The translations under genes and the position numbers were made by a program. The notes beneath the pieces were generated by a model. That model saw only the letters and a list, made by a program, of their open reading frames with translations. It did no database searches and was not told the DNA's origin. Shown here one piece after another: positions 11,432-25,002 of a stretch of 41,287 nt of DNA; within the stretch, counting starts at the first letter, position 1, and each line of letters opens with the position of its first letter. Source of the DNA: Nemertoderma westbladi (lineage: Eukaryota > Animalia > Xenacoelomorpha); the NCBI GenBank assembly GCA_032718475.1, contig JAUCBJ010000600.1, forward strand, positions 1-41,287. Reading direction: 5' to 3'.

Positions 11432-12472
11432 TAGCTTGCCTCCCGTGTTGGTTCGGGGGCCTCGGTGTACCATATGTTATGCTGACAGCCCCAGGTGCTT
11501 ACCTCGCCTTAGTACACCACTACCACGAACTAACCTCTGTTATCACTGGAAACTTGGATGAACCTATGTTCCTTCAAGCTGCCACCGAGTTATGGGAATG
11601 CTACTTACCTTCCTTTGATATTCCTGAGATATCAAGCAATCAAAGATCTTGGCAGGACCCAGTATCCAAATCCCAACTGGCATCACTAATTTCATCTAGT
11701 TATAATAACTCTGTATCCCGCCTTAAGGGCTTCCAAGCACCTGGCTCTGGTGATTGGTTAAGTGCCATCCCTTCTGCTACCCTTGGCCCCCGCCTTGCCG
11801 ATGAACAGTTCGGTATGGCTGTTGCTCTCCGTCTTGGCGCGTCTTGGCTGTTGCTCTCCGTCTTGTGTGTGTGGCGCCGTCGTTGATGCTTCAGCCAGCC
11901 ATGCCTTAGTCTGCAAGTTTGCCAAGAGCAGACATGCACGACACCACCTGTGCAATAATACCATCTACCATGCTCTCCAATCCGCTGAGGTACCCGCAAC
12001 CCTTGAACCAGTCGGGCTCAGCAACAACAACGACCTGAAGCACCCCGATGGAGCCACTCAGCTCCCCTGGTCAAACGGCAAAGCCCTCGTGTGGGACTTT
12101 ACCTGCACCCATCGCCTTTCCGCCTCATACTCAAATGCCGCATGCTTAGATGGCTCAACAGTCGCTGAATTGGCAGAAGGGCGGAAGCTTGCTAAGTATT
12201 CGAACTTTGCCAAAGACTACTTAGTCCAGCCTGTCGCTGTGGAGACGCTTGGTGGCATAGTTCCTTTATCCTTGTCATTCCTTCGGCAGTTAGGCCACCT
12301 CTTGGAGAAGGTCAGCGGCAACAAGAGGTCTACGCAATTCCTGCGTCAACGTCTTAGGATTGCAATCCAAGCCAGGAATGCCTCCTGCATAAAGGAGTCA
12401 TTCAACCTCCCCGAGAACCGCTTCTACCGGGAGACCCTCCCTCCCGCCCTCCCTCCCTATAACTATAACTAG
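11432..12472 (+). pseudogene. CRE-like non-LTR retrotransposon 3' part (post-RT region, zinc finger, restriction-like endonuclease), frameshifted
   Basis: GGLG-like motif at ~11450; APGSGDWLSAIPSATLG..L..EQF.MAVALRLG; CVCG...HALVC; RHARH; EPVGL; HPDG...PWSNGKALVWDFT; K.AKY; PVAVETLG; FLRQRL.IAIQ..NA. Confidence 0.85.
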
Positions 12473-12997
12473 TGCATGTGGTTGATATGAAAAAAAACTT
12501 GGGGTGGGTATTTTTTTTCGACTAAAAGTCGTTTTAAACGCACTGTATTATATCTTACCAAAAACTAGGCTGTCTAATCTAAGTCATTTATTTACCAAAG
12601 CTGAAGTTCCATCTGTAAAATGATGTCCCATCATAATATTTAGGCTGCATAGAATAACGTCTTCCTCCATCAAATCCAAACAAAAATTAGCATATTTTGC
12701 CAATGGACTTCGAATACATGGGAAATCTCTTTGGCATTATAATATGGCCGCCCATTTGTCCTCAGATGGATATGCAAATAATTCCGTATGGTTCCTGTGT
12801 ATACACAATCCAGACATTATAAATATGGGATTTATATATGTAAATATCAAACTCATATGTGAGGATTAGTAATTTGGGTGCATGGAAGTAAGATTGAGAT
12901 ATAGTATAATTTCAGATAATTGTCTGATGTTAATAATTCTCATTATTAAGTTCTACTACTAAGATATTCATTCCCACTGCCTCTCTATCACCTTCGG

Positions 12998-13610
12998 AGG
13001 TCAGGTGAAGACTTTCCAATACGCAAGGGGAAAACATGGGCCGCTTTGAGTGGGCTGTCCAGGATTTGGAAGACACAGAAAGTTAAGGTTCAACTATTTA
13101 GAGCAGCAGTAGAACCAGTACTCCCCTATGGGAGTCCATGCTGGGCTCTAACTGCTGAGGACATCAAATTTCTGCATTGCACATTCACAAGAATGCTATG
13201 CCGGGTTCATTGTGTCAAGTACAATTAGTACAGTCAGTCAAGTACATATTTCCAACCAACTATATCATATTGGCTTGGGGGTGTCCAATTGGTCCCCCAA
13301 TGCATGACACTAGAACAAAGCCGTCTCCACATTGCTTTCGTCGTGAGGACCAGCCTGTGCACAATCTTGTGCTTTGAAAGCCTATGAAGAAAATTTGCAA
13401 TAAGGCTGACAGCCCATGACTTTTTTTTAAGACGCCTCTTAAAAGGACATTGGGCGGGCTTGAATATGCGAATGATCTCGCGAAAGTCGTGGGCGAAAGG
13501 GAGTTGTGGCAATGCAATTTTGTCATCCGGCATAGCATTCTTAATGCACGCTGCATCTCAGCATCTCAATGTACAGTTGCAATGCTGCAGGTCGATTATA
13601 GATAGATATA
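12998..13610 (+). mobile_element. RTE-like LINE 3' fragment
   Basis: LSRIWK..KVQLFRAAVEPVLPYGSPCWALT; HCFRREDQPVHNLVL; 3' UTR shared with the copies at ~9570-9725 and ~30500-30600. Confidence 0.8.
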
Positions 13611-14559
13611 GAACTTCAAAAATTATGTTTATATTCTAAAGACACACACATCCCAACTGTATTAATATGTTTTTACAATAACTGTTAAGCCTTGTGTTTT
13701 CTAAGTGACTCAGTGCCCAAGTTAGGAGCACTGTCTACGATTAATTAACACTTTCCCAAGTTACTGGCACCATCTCAGAGAGAATAATACAGATTTAGCT
13801 GTTTTGTAGGTACTGATCATCGAAAACTCCATTTATATCCTAAAAACACAACTTTCCCATTTATAACCATATGTAGCATTTATTAGGGAGATTCTGCTTC
13901 GACGGTGCATGCAGGGCATAATGCCACATCTGTTCACGTACAGTGGTATGGTCACCTCATCCAACCACAGCATGCATGTTTGTATATGAATGAAGTGGCA
14001 ATCAATTAATCGTTACATCTTAGTTAGTGGTGCATATCATTACGTCTAAAAAACGCTATTCAATGAGGCATTACTTATTAGCAGTTGCCACGCTACCTAG
14101 CATATTAATGAGGGTGCATACAGGATGTAAAAGTTGCAATCCCTCAAACCATGTGTCTGGCCAAGTCCAGCTTTTAGGAGATCATTATAAATTGTACTAT
14201 AGCTGCTAATTAATAACATTGACTTGCTGATACGGCTGCACAATGTTGTATACCCTAGTCCCCTAGCCTTGCAATTGAAATTAAATTGAACAAACAGGAA
14301 TTTATGGACCGGATTAGATTATACCGATAAAATATAAATTATGCATATTAATAGAAAAAAATTTATAATGACATGTATGCCAACGAATTACGGATCTGAT
14401 TACCAGTTCTACAGATCAATGTATTAATTTAACTTTCTGCTCTTGGATAATGTATGTGGAGTAAAATATAAACAGTTTCAATTTTCACCTTCAGTTTTTA
14501 GTTATGTTCAGCGTTTTGATTTCCTTGAGATAAAAACTCGATTGGCTGTTTTCGGCTGG

Positions 14560-14774
14560 AACTCCGAACTGGAACCCAGCTCAAGAAGCGAACTGAAAAG
14601 CTATGGACTCATACTGGACCCAATGGCCACAAGTCCCAGATAGACCACATTCTGTTTCGTAGGAAATACAGGAGCTCTGTAAAAGACTGTAGTGCATTTA
14701 CAATTCGACCTTTCTCCAGTGAACACTGCCTTATTGTTTGTGACTAAGGTGAGACTTTTAAGAGTCTGCGCTAG
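14560..14774 (+). pseudogene. AP-endonuclease end of an RTE-like LINE (left piece, interrupted by the BEL element)
   Basis: Translates KKRTEKLWTHTGPNGHKSQIDHILFRRKYRSSVKDCSAF...SSEHCLIV, matching the APE C-terminal WT..IDHIL..SDH motifs. Confidence 0.8.
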
Positions 14775-15368
14775 TGTTAGCGTATTCAATTCCGCTAACC
14801 ACCCCACACAAAGTTGGCCAAGCAGGAGCTTTAAGCAATATTGGGAGTACGAGGTTGATTGCCAATCAACCTCGTATCACCCCAATAAACGGGGCGACAA
14901 ACCCCAAAGGGAGACACAAACAGAGGGGGTCAGAGGTTACACCTCCGGGAGGGAGAGAGTGACAGCAGCGCCAGGGGAAACACTCCCAGAGAGATGGGAG
15001 GGCAAGAATTGGGTTATTAGCCAATGGGGGGCAGGCATCCACTGAGTAATGTAATACGGCCAACCAGTGCAATATATTACCAGTTATTGTTCCTCATTTA
15101 TTTCACTTTAGTTAGTCAGTTTAGTTAGGGCAGAACGGGAACTCTTATCACCGTCCGCTGCCGCCATCATCATTTTGTGTATTACCGGTACTTATTCATT
15201 CCAACTTCCATTTCAACTGTGCTTATACTCTATCTTATATATATATTTATACATACGGAGCAACAATAGTCAGAGTTATTCAATAACATCAGAACTCTTT
15301 TCACACACACGGCAGGGACGCGTAGACAAGATAACCGGGATAAATCGGGATTCTCGGATCCCGTCACA
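14775..15368 (+). repeat. 5' LTR (594 bp)
   Basis: TGTTAGCG...CCGTCACA; differs from the 3' LTR by about 10 substitutions and 2 small indels (manual comparison). Confidence 0.96.
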
Positions 15369-15437
15369 GTGATAAGGACCAGCAGCTGCCCGATACCGCG
15401 ATACGATAAGACACCCGAAACAAACTGACTGCCAACC

Positions 15438-18400
15438 ATGAGTCGAGAAGGAGAGACGACACCGCCGCAGACCCCGGACGGCGATCTAACGATCCGTGAG
15501 GCCGCGACACGACGGTACCGACCCACGACGCCGGATCCGTCGACCATAGACAATCCGGCAATCCAAGAGGTGGGGGGCCGCCTACAATGAGAGGATGAGT
15601 CGAGAGAGGAGAGAGACGAGTCGACACACGACGGCGGTCGACGTGCCGATGTCACCGGCCAGCCACAGGCCGAGGGCGACGGACGGCCCACCAGAACGGC
15701 GACGGTGGGGCCGCCGGTACGATGCCGGACATGGAGGGATAAAGGGGACATCGGCGATGAGGACGTCGGGGTCAGCGACCGGCTCCGACGAGCCTACACC
15801 GCGACCCGGAGGTAACTAAGAGAAGCCAAAGGAGGGGCCAAGATAGACCAGGTGAAGCTAGAGAAGCGGCTAGGTGAGTCGAATAAATATTTTGATTACT
15901 TAGTGCGCTTTGGGCAGGGAGAACTAGCCGATGAGAGAGCGAGAGGGGTCGCCACCGAACTGTTTGAACTGTGGGAATGTAGGGGTATGGAACCTAGCGT
16001 AGTGTATGTAGGGCCATACTTAGTCGATGCCCGGGGAATTAAGTTGGTGGGTTGGAGAGGGCCGCAGGAGGGCGAATCCGAGGTTAACTCCGAGGATTCG
16101 GTCTCATCGGTCGGCGAAAGTTCCAGGAAGTGGGGGAAAGTTAGTAGGATGGGAAGGCGACGGGAGTCCGTCGCGACCGATAAGTCTGCTACATCCTCCG
16201 CGAAAGTAAGACGGGTGATGGAAATAGATCTGGCGTGCCAGCTCGATCTGGCGGCGCTAGACCAGAGAGAATTAGAGAGACAGTTGGAAGAAGGGAGTGC
16301 GTTATTAGAGAAGGAGAAAGAACTGGCTAGAGAGAACAGAGAGAGAGCCGAAAAGGTCGCGAGAAGTTTTAAGGAGTGTGAGGATATAGGGAGGATGGAA
16401 AGGAAGGAGCAAGAAGAGAGCGAGGCGGCGAGTGAGGCGAGAGAGCAGAGTGAACGTAAATAGCGTGAGGCGAGTGAGCAGAATAGACGTGAAGAACGTG
16501 AGGCGAGAGAGCAGAGTGAGCGAAAAGAGCGCGAGGCGAGACGACTGGAGAGAGTTGTGAGAGAGGCGGAGTTAGCCGATCAGAGTTCACGAGAGGATAG
16601 AGAGAGAGAAATAATGGGAATGCGTGTGCGGGATGATTTGCATGCCTGCCTAAGGGGGCTTATTCTGTATCAAGCCAAACAGAAGCGCTGACTAGAACTG
16701 GCGCAGATGGGGCTGTCAGAGAGCGAGGCTGGCTCGAGTAGTATTTATGAGGAGCCAGGAGTTAGGGAAACATTTAGTAATACCCCACTTACAGGGACCG
16801 GACGACAGACCCAAGACTGGTGTGACCGTACGGGCGGGAGGGGTAATAATAATAATAATACAGTAGAGAACGCTAATATTAATAGTACCGTAGTGGATAA
16901 TTCTAACCAAACTTTCATTGCAGGAAATAATATTTTGCCCGACAGTAGTAATTTAAATCCGAACGATTCTAATATAAATGTACAAAGTAGTCCGAATAAT
17001 TTAATAATAGTCTAAACCCGAATATAAAAAATAATTCAAATAATATAATTACGCAAAATAATTCAAATAATTTAAATTTAAATACACAAAATAATTTAAA
17101 TAATAATCCCGTTTCAAATTCTAATAATTCTGACAATTTAATTGATTTAGAAGATTTAATTGATTTAACAGATAATATTGGGAATGGTGCTATTAATATG
17201 AACGTGGCGGATGTGCATAGCCCGGCAAATGAAGGCCTGGTAGGCCACGTAGTCAGTAGGCAGGAGGTGGCGGGGGTGAGAAACCCCAATGAGGGCCTGG
17301 TAGGCCACGTAGTTAGTAGGCAGGAAGTGGCGGGGTTGAGTCAACCCGAGGGGGGACTGGTAGGCCACGTAGTTAGTAGGCAGGAAGTGGTGGGGTTGAG
17401 TCAACCCGAGGAGGGCCTGGTAGGCCACACAGTAGTAGAGGGAGAGGCGGGGGTGAATAGACCCAGCCGCAGTAGGGTTAGTGTGTCGACTAGAGAGGGG
17501 TGTAGAAGTGAAGTAAGAGGTAGTGAAGTGATAGGTGGCGAGTGGGGGGGGGGGGGGGGGGGGGGGCTACAGGAGCCCCACAACGAGAGATTAGCAGCGA
17601 GAGGGGGGGGGGGGGGGCAGTGAGTGCCCCACAGGCGTCGGCGGATCAATGCGCGGGGCGAATTAGGTGAACCGCAGCACCCGGCGATGGAGAATAGTAG
17701 GGGGGTTGCGAGTATCCCCAGCGGCGTGCGACCGAGCAGAGAGAGAGCGAGGTTGACGTCGCGAGAGGGCGAGCGACGAGACGTCGAGCCCAGTCAGAAG
17801 AGGGAAGAAGAACAGTGGAGTTTAACCGGGAGGTCGACGAGAGATCTCACGACCGGGGATACTGCACTACAGAGAGAAGAAGGGAAGAGGAGTAGAAGAA
17901 GTGTCGTCGCGAACGACAGGAGAGCGAGGACGGACAGCGAGCCGTCGGTAGTAGAGATGGAGACCGAGAGTCAGTGGGGTCGAACTCCGGGAGATTGCCG
18001 TCGCCCCGGGGAGACGCGACCTGACGAGGCGTACTACGCGCAGAGAGAGGGGTACAGGATGTACCGGTACGAGGACGAGAGCAGTAGAGGGGGTCGAAGA
18101 GAAACTTCCCGACGGGATCTGCCTAGCCGATCGAGAGTACGGTAGCCGCGGGGAGGATTATTCGAGAAGGTTAAACTTTGATCCCGAGCGACACATACAG
18201 ACTGCAGGACATACTGTAGGCCTTACTGCACATACCATAGGCCATGCTGGGAGAGATAATGTAGGCGATAGGATAGCGCGGACGACGGGATTAAACCCGG
18301 AAGTTGCAGGAGTACATACCGGCAGGTAGGCCAGAAGTAGATAGGCCTATACCGGTACCAGCACAGCAGTATGACTACAGCATGCAGGGACATAACATAT

Positions 18401-21400
18401 ATCCAGGGGAGGGGAGAGTTATTGCGGATAGGTGCATGGGCCCCAATATATTAACATCAACCCCAGTATTAAACATACCGGTGGGGGGGGGGGGGGGGGG
18501 ACAGGGTGACATTCCCCCATCACAATATCAACAATATATCCCAGTAGGAATAAGATCATCGAACCCCTTGGACGAGAATAGATCGTGCGACACCGAAATA
18601 TGGAAGGGGCCGCTACCCCCAATGATATATCCAAGTCAAAGGAAAGCGGCAGACAGGACGAACGGACCGCACCCAATGGGAGAATCTATACAGCATCCAT
18701 TGAACCCATTGGAAGCACAAGCAATGTGAATGGCTACACTAATCGATGCATTAAGAACTAGGATCGAGTTACCACCCGTGGAACCGTTCAAATTCGATGG
18801 AAGTAGGCCGGAAGAATACCTGCAGTTTCGGCGCATGTATAGCAATGAAATATTAACGAAGAATTTGACACAAGCGGAGTGCCTAAAGTATCTGCAAGTA
18901 TATACAGGAGGCCCAGCATACGACATCGTGAGGCAATAACAGGGCATTGAGGGTGGCTTCACGACAGCATGGCGGGCACTAGACAGGGAGTATGGGCACC
19001 CGGCCAAGATCATCCGGCAGACCCTGAGAGGTATAACATCGGGTGGCCTACAGGATAACCCCGTTAGCATAAAGACATTCGCTAACAAAGTTGAGAAGGC
19101 GCTAATCGTGCTAAAGACACTGGACGCACCATACGAACTCAACGCATCCAATAACATCACCACGATAGCGCAGGCACTGCCGATGTGGTTGCGCAACAAG
19201 TGGAGGAAGATTGCTTTCTCCACTCGAGGCAGAAAGGGTGCGGAACCGGGTTTAGAAGAAATGTCGAGCTTCTTAAACTATGAAGCCGAACTAATAACGG
19301 ACCCAGTCTATAGCGAGGATAGCCTGGGAAAGGGACCAAAGACCGATTACCACAGGCCGAAACCAGAACACAATGCGTCGAACGCATTGCCAAAGCTCAG
19401 ACAGTCACTGCCGTACGCGGCGATGCAGGGGACTGCTAGTCCACAAGTAGCCGGGGGTAAGACCACATCATGGAGCGGACAGGGGAAAAATAACAACACA
19501 AATAAACATAACCCCAGCACGCCCAGTAGGCCGAACCCAAGCAATAAGAACAATAGGGACTTTGGTACGAACGCAAGTGCAATACGCAGCGCACTGTATA
19601 AGGACGGCTACAACCCAAAGAACAAATGCCAATTACATACAAATGCACTTCATCAGACCATGAACTGCAGGTATTGGCAAGCGCTACCCAGGGAAGATCA
19701 GGTAGAATATGCGAGGAGAAATGAAATCTGTTCGCGATGTGTGATGAGTGGACATAGAGCTAACCAATGCAAGGAAGCGCCAATTAAATTCGGTCAAAGT
19801 AAAGGTCAGACAATGGCAACGAGCACCGTAGGGGCAAAGAAGAGAGGAACGGTACTACTTGGGGTAGTACCAGTGCGAGTGATTGGGGAAGGCAATCGAT
19901 CAGTGACCACACTGATGCTGGTCGACAGTGGAGCAGCCTTCACGCTGGTTGAGGATTGGGTGGCCAAAGAGATAGGATTGAGAACGAGGCCAAGTAGAAT
20001 GGTGGTAACAACCATTTCCAGCAAAGATGAGGTCCTGGAGATGAGGACCGGACGGTGCGCGATAGCAGCGATAGCACCGGGATGCGACTATGGGGCGACC
20101 ATCGACCCCAGAGGTGATAGAGTCGATAGATATCAACGCCAGGTGGCCAACCAACATCGAGGTCGAACAATACAAGTTCCTGGACAGTATCGACTTCTCA
20201 ATCCCAGAGGTGGACGTTAGGAAGGTATCCATTATAGTAGGAATGGACTGCCCGACGGCCCACGAGAGAATGCGAACGGTCTTTGGCGAAGACAGGCAGT
20301 GTGACCCGGTGGTGATTTTAACACCATTCGGGTGGACGCTGAGCGGCTCAATCAGGAGCAAAATACCGTTTAGGATGTCGGAGACATCAGGATGCATGTT
20401 CGCGGGAACTATGCGAGAAATGGGAGATGAGGGAGCGGAGGAGCAGCTCAGGAGACTGCTCAGGCAGGATTTTGAGGGATTGAAAGAGACCGGGGTCGGG
20501 ACCTCGGTAGAAGACAAACAGGCTTTACAAAGTGTGGAGGAATCGATGACATGCGGTATACCATAGGGATGGTATGGAAGCTACCGAAGCTACCGCTACC
20601 CGACAATAAAGGAATGGTACTCAGGAGGCTTCGTAAGTTGAAGCAGACGCTAAAACGGAGCCCCGAGAAGAATGAGTACATTCACAAGACGATTAAGAAG
20701 TATGTCGAGAAAGGATGGGCCATAGAGTTACCGGTCGACGAACCAAACACGGACAGGACCTATTACCTGCCACTCCACGTGGCTCTAGACCCGAAGAAAG
20801 GTAAACTGCGGATGGTAGTTGACGCATCGGCTAAGACCAACGGCAAATGCCTAAATGATTATCTGCTGGAGGGTCCCAACATCTACAACTCAGGGATCGA
20901 GGTCCTACTCAGATTCAGGAATGGGAAACACGCTTTCACCTGCGACATCGAAGGCATGTTCAACCAAGTCCGTGTAACGGAAGAGGATAGCGACAGCCAG
21001 CGCTTCCTATGGTACAACTGCGACGAGGAACCGTCGACCATACCGATGTATAAGATGATAGTACAGAATATGGGAGCCAAGTCGTCTTCATTTACGACGA
21101 CTGTGGCCGTAAGAGACACGGTAAAAGGGAAGGAAGATAAATATAGCGCCAAAGCCGTCGATATGATTCGACGCGGCTTCTATGTAGACGACGGGATGGA
21201 GTCTGGAAATACGGTTAAGGAACTACTGGATACCGGGCGCGAGGTTCGCGACATCCTAAAAGGATCCGGGTTTAACCTAACCAAGTTCCAATCCAGCTGC
21301 AAGAGTTCATGAAAGCCATAGAGGACAGGAGGCCAGAGTCGACCATGGATAATCCCACGACAGCCAAGGGACAGGACATGGCGAACAAGAGAGTAGAGTC

Positions 21401-23827
21401 CCAACAGAAGGCACTAGGGATCGTGTGGAACCGAGAGACAGACGAGTTGAAATACCAGTTGAGTCAGGAGGGCGCAGACATCCACACAAAGAGGGGCTAT
21501 GTGTCGTACATAGCAAGGATATACGATCCCCTAGGCCTAGCATCCCCATTACTAGTCACGGGGAAGCAGATACTCAAGAAGGGTATACAAGCTGAAGGAG
21601 GATTGGGACACAGAGGTCCCGGAAGAGATCAGCAAGCAATGGTGCAAGTGGACAGAGAGTTTAGAGCAGATGGGCACATACAGCATGCCACGCGTATATT
21701 TCCCGGATGGGGACATGACGAATCTGGATCTGCACATGTTCTCTGATGCGTCATTAGAGGCATACGGAGCGGCACTCTACTTAGTACAATGAGAGGGGAC
21801 TCACAAGCCCAGACTCGCATTCAGCAAGGCGAAGTCGACACCGCCAGATTCAGCATCAGTTCCGAAACTCGAGTTGACAGCTGCGAGGTTAGGAGTTAGG
21901 GCCACAGCCTACTTGATGGACGCCATTCCCAACATAGTGGAGACACACTACTGGACGGACTCCATGGTAGTGCTTGGTTGGCTATATAACGAAAGGACGA
22001 GATACCCTATATTTGTCGCAAACAGGGTGGACGAGATAAGGGCAACGACAGAATTAGAAAGGTGGCACTACTGCCCAACGGACGAGAACCCAGCGGACTT
22101 GTTATCGAGGGGCGTAGCACGCCACACTTTCTTAAAAAAGGAAGTATTGTGGCAGCACGGGCCGCAATTTCTGAATGATAGAACAGCCTGGCCGCCGATG
22201 AAGAAGGTGGACCCGGGCTCAGGGGAAATAACATTAGAGGAAGAGGGAGGAGATTCAGAAGGTGAGGAGATATACAGCCAGATGGTGAGGGAGATAAGGG
22301 AGGTGCAACCGAAATCAGAAGAACTGTGCGATAACCCGACGGACAAACTCCTTAGCTACAGCTCAAGTTGGTACAAGACCAAGAAGTTAGTGGTGTACTG
22401 CAGAGCCTTCGGGGACTTCCTTAAGGGAATCGGTAAAGACACAAAAGGTAAAACAACCATCGATCAGGGGGGGGGCGGCCAAGGCCGTCATCCGCTACGA
22501 ACAGAGGAAGAATTACGGCGACGAGGTGGAACGCTTCGGTAAACAACAGCATCTCTGACGGAACAGTGAGCTGATTGCGCTGTCGCCACAACTCAATGCT
22601 GATGGAATCTTAGTAATGAACTCTAGGGTGTTGAACAACAACAGTATCATCATTCCGCCAAAGCCCATCATCATCCCTAATGGATCGCCGATAGTCCATC
22701 AGATCATCTGGGACTCCCATAAGTCGATATTGCACGGGGGCACCAACCGAACCTTCACGGAGATACGAAGGACCTTTTGGGTCAAACAGTTAAGAAAGAA
22801 GGTAAAGGCGGTAGTAGGGCAGTGCCAGACCTGCCGACGAACGAAGAAGGAGCGAGCCATACAGGAGATGGCGCCACTACCGGCCAGCAGGGTGAGACAG
22901 CACGACCCGCCATTCACGCACTGCGGTATGGATATGTTTGGGCCGATAAAGATTAAGGTGATGCAGCACACGGAGAAGCGCTACGGCATTATCTTCGTAT
23001 GTAACAACACGCGGGCGGTAGGGATAGAACTCGCCCAAGATGCTACAGCATCGGCATTCATTAATGCCCTAGAAAGGTTCAGAGACCGCAAAGGTGGGAC
23101 GATCGCAGTAATATACTCCGACAACGGAACCAACTTTGTGGGGGCAGAGAACGAGATGGCAGATGCCTTGGATATCCTGGAAGGGGAGGAAGTCAGGGCA
23201 GCCATGAGAAGACGACAGGTGAAGTGGGAGAGGAGGACGCCGTATGCTCCGCATACTCTAGGATGCGTCGAGAGACTCGTGGGTAGTTCCAAGCATCTGA
23301 TGACGAAGTTGATGAACACCCACATGGTAACAGAGGACGTACTGAGGACGGTACTAGCAAAGTGTGAGGGTATCATTAATAGCAGACCGCTATATCCAAA
23401 AAATGATGACCCAGAGTCATTAGATGTGCTGATGCCCAGTCACTTTCTAATGGAGAGGCCGGCGACCATCGACATGCGGAGTGTAGACCCTGACGATATA
23501 CACTCCCGACAGAGTTGGAAAGTCGCCAAGGCGATAAGCGCAGAGTACTGGGGGAGGTGGGTCGAGGAATATCTACCCACGCTCCATAGGAGAAGCAAGT
23601 GGAGGAATGCGAATAGGGAGTTAAAGGAGGGTGATCTGGTAATCGTCACGGACTATACCATCATCAACAACCAGTGGCGATTGGCGAGAGTTGTGGGCAC
23701 TTACTCTGATGAGGACGGAAGAGTCTGATCAGTAGAAGTGCGGATAGGTGGCATAATAGGAGCGAAAGATAGAAAGACCTATAGGAGGGCTGTAGGTAAG
23801 TGCTGCCTTCTGGAGGGAGCACCATAG
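15438..23827 (+). pseudogene. BEL/Pao gag-pol polyprotein with several stops and frameshifts
   Basis: Long low-complexity N-terminus; gag PFKFDGSRPEEYLQF (~18785); Cys/His knuckles CQLH...H...C and CSRCVMSGHRANQC; protease LVDSGA (~19920); TPFGWTLSG; RT YYLPLHV, KLRMVVDASA, LNDYLLEGP, DIEGMFNQV, FYVDD (~21180); RNase H LHMFSDAS, PKLELTAA, WTDSMVVLGW, NPADLLSRG; integrase H...HGG, C..C, DMFGP, SDNGTNFVGA, ERLV; C-terminal WGRWVEEYLPTL. Confidence 0.93.
17227..17430 (+). repeat. 60-bp coding tandem repeat in gag (about 3.5 copies)
   Basis: ctggtaggccacgtagttagtaggcaggaagtgg recurs every 60 bp; peptide EGLVGHVVSRQEVAG. Confidence 0.9.
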
Positions 23828-23977
23828 TGTTTAGTCGTCCAAGTTTTGGACTGAGGGGGGTGGGATTGAGGGCGATACGCCCTTCCCACACACAAAAAAA
23901 AAATAAAATAAAATAAAATAAAAGAAAGAGAAAGTAATAGTACATAATAGGTACGCAGCAAGTAGGCAGATAGAAGT

Positions 23978-24540
23978 AGTAAGAGGGTACGTAGTACCGT
24001 TAGTTAGTTAGTAGTAAGAGGGTATGTAGTACCGTTAGTTAGATAGTTAGTTAGTAGTAAGAGGGTACATAGTACCGTTAGTTAGATAGTTAGCTAGTAG
24101 TAAGAGGGTACGTAGTACCGTTAGTTGAGAGAGAGTTAGAGGTTAGTAAGAGGGTACGTAGTACCGGTTAGTAGGAGTTAGTTAGAGGTTAGTAAGAGGA
24201 TACATAGTACCGTTAGTTGAGAGAGAGTTAGAGGCTAGTAAGAGGGTACGTAGTACCGGCTAGTAGGAGTTAGTTAGAGGTTAGTAAGAGGGTACGTAGT
24301 ACCGGTTAGTAGAAGTTAGTTAGAGGTTAGTAAGAGGGTACGTAGTACCGGCTAGTAGGAGTTGGTTAGAGGTTAGTAAGAGGGTATGTAGTACCGGTTA
24401 GTAGAAGTTAGTTAGAGGTTAGTAAGAGGGTACATGGTACCGGTTAGTAAGAGTTAGTAGAAGTTAGTTAGAAGTTAGTAAGAGGGTACGTAGTACCAGT
24501 TAGTAGAAGTTAGTTAGAAGTTAGTGGTAGAAGGGTATGT
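23978..24540 (+). repeat. Array of 12 (+1 partial) hairpin-core repeats between pol and the extra ORF
   Basis: Core agtaagagGGTAC-gta-GTACCg at ~23978, 24013, 24056, 24099, 24145, 24191, 24237, 24283, 24329, 24375, 24421, 24477. Period mostly 46 bp; spacers built from TTAG/AGTT/AG units. Confidence 0.92.
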
Positions 24541-25002
24541 ATGATATATATATTAGTTAGTAGTGAGTAGCGAGAGGGGGGCACGTGAGTACAGCTGGAT
24601 AAATTGTGTAGGCCACGCGACGCATACTGTTGTAATGCACAAGCCCACAGAGTAGGCCAGAATGTGGATTATGAAATAGAGTAATCCATCGGCAATAATA
24701 AGTAGTAGCACAGTAGTAGGATTGAATTAAATTAAAAATAAAAATAAAAGGTAGAAATTAAACAAATTATGGTAACAGTAGGAGAAAAATTCTGAAACAT
24801 AATTAAAGTAATGGACAAAATTACAATTTAAAGTACAATTTAACAGTTTTAAGAAATTAAGTAGGAAAATTAGGCTATAACTTAGAATTCTGCGAGAAGT
24901 AGGCCATTATCGAATTGAATAAACCATCCTAACCTTATCACTCATCTGTACTGCGCCTTGGCAAGGCACCACCTTACAGGTGAGCGAGTGAGAGAGTTCG
25001 AA

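Noticed and set aside
23978-24540. CRISPR array
   Set aside because: Spacers are low-complexity and repeat one another, there are no cas genes, and the context is a eukaryotic retrotransposon.
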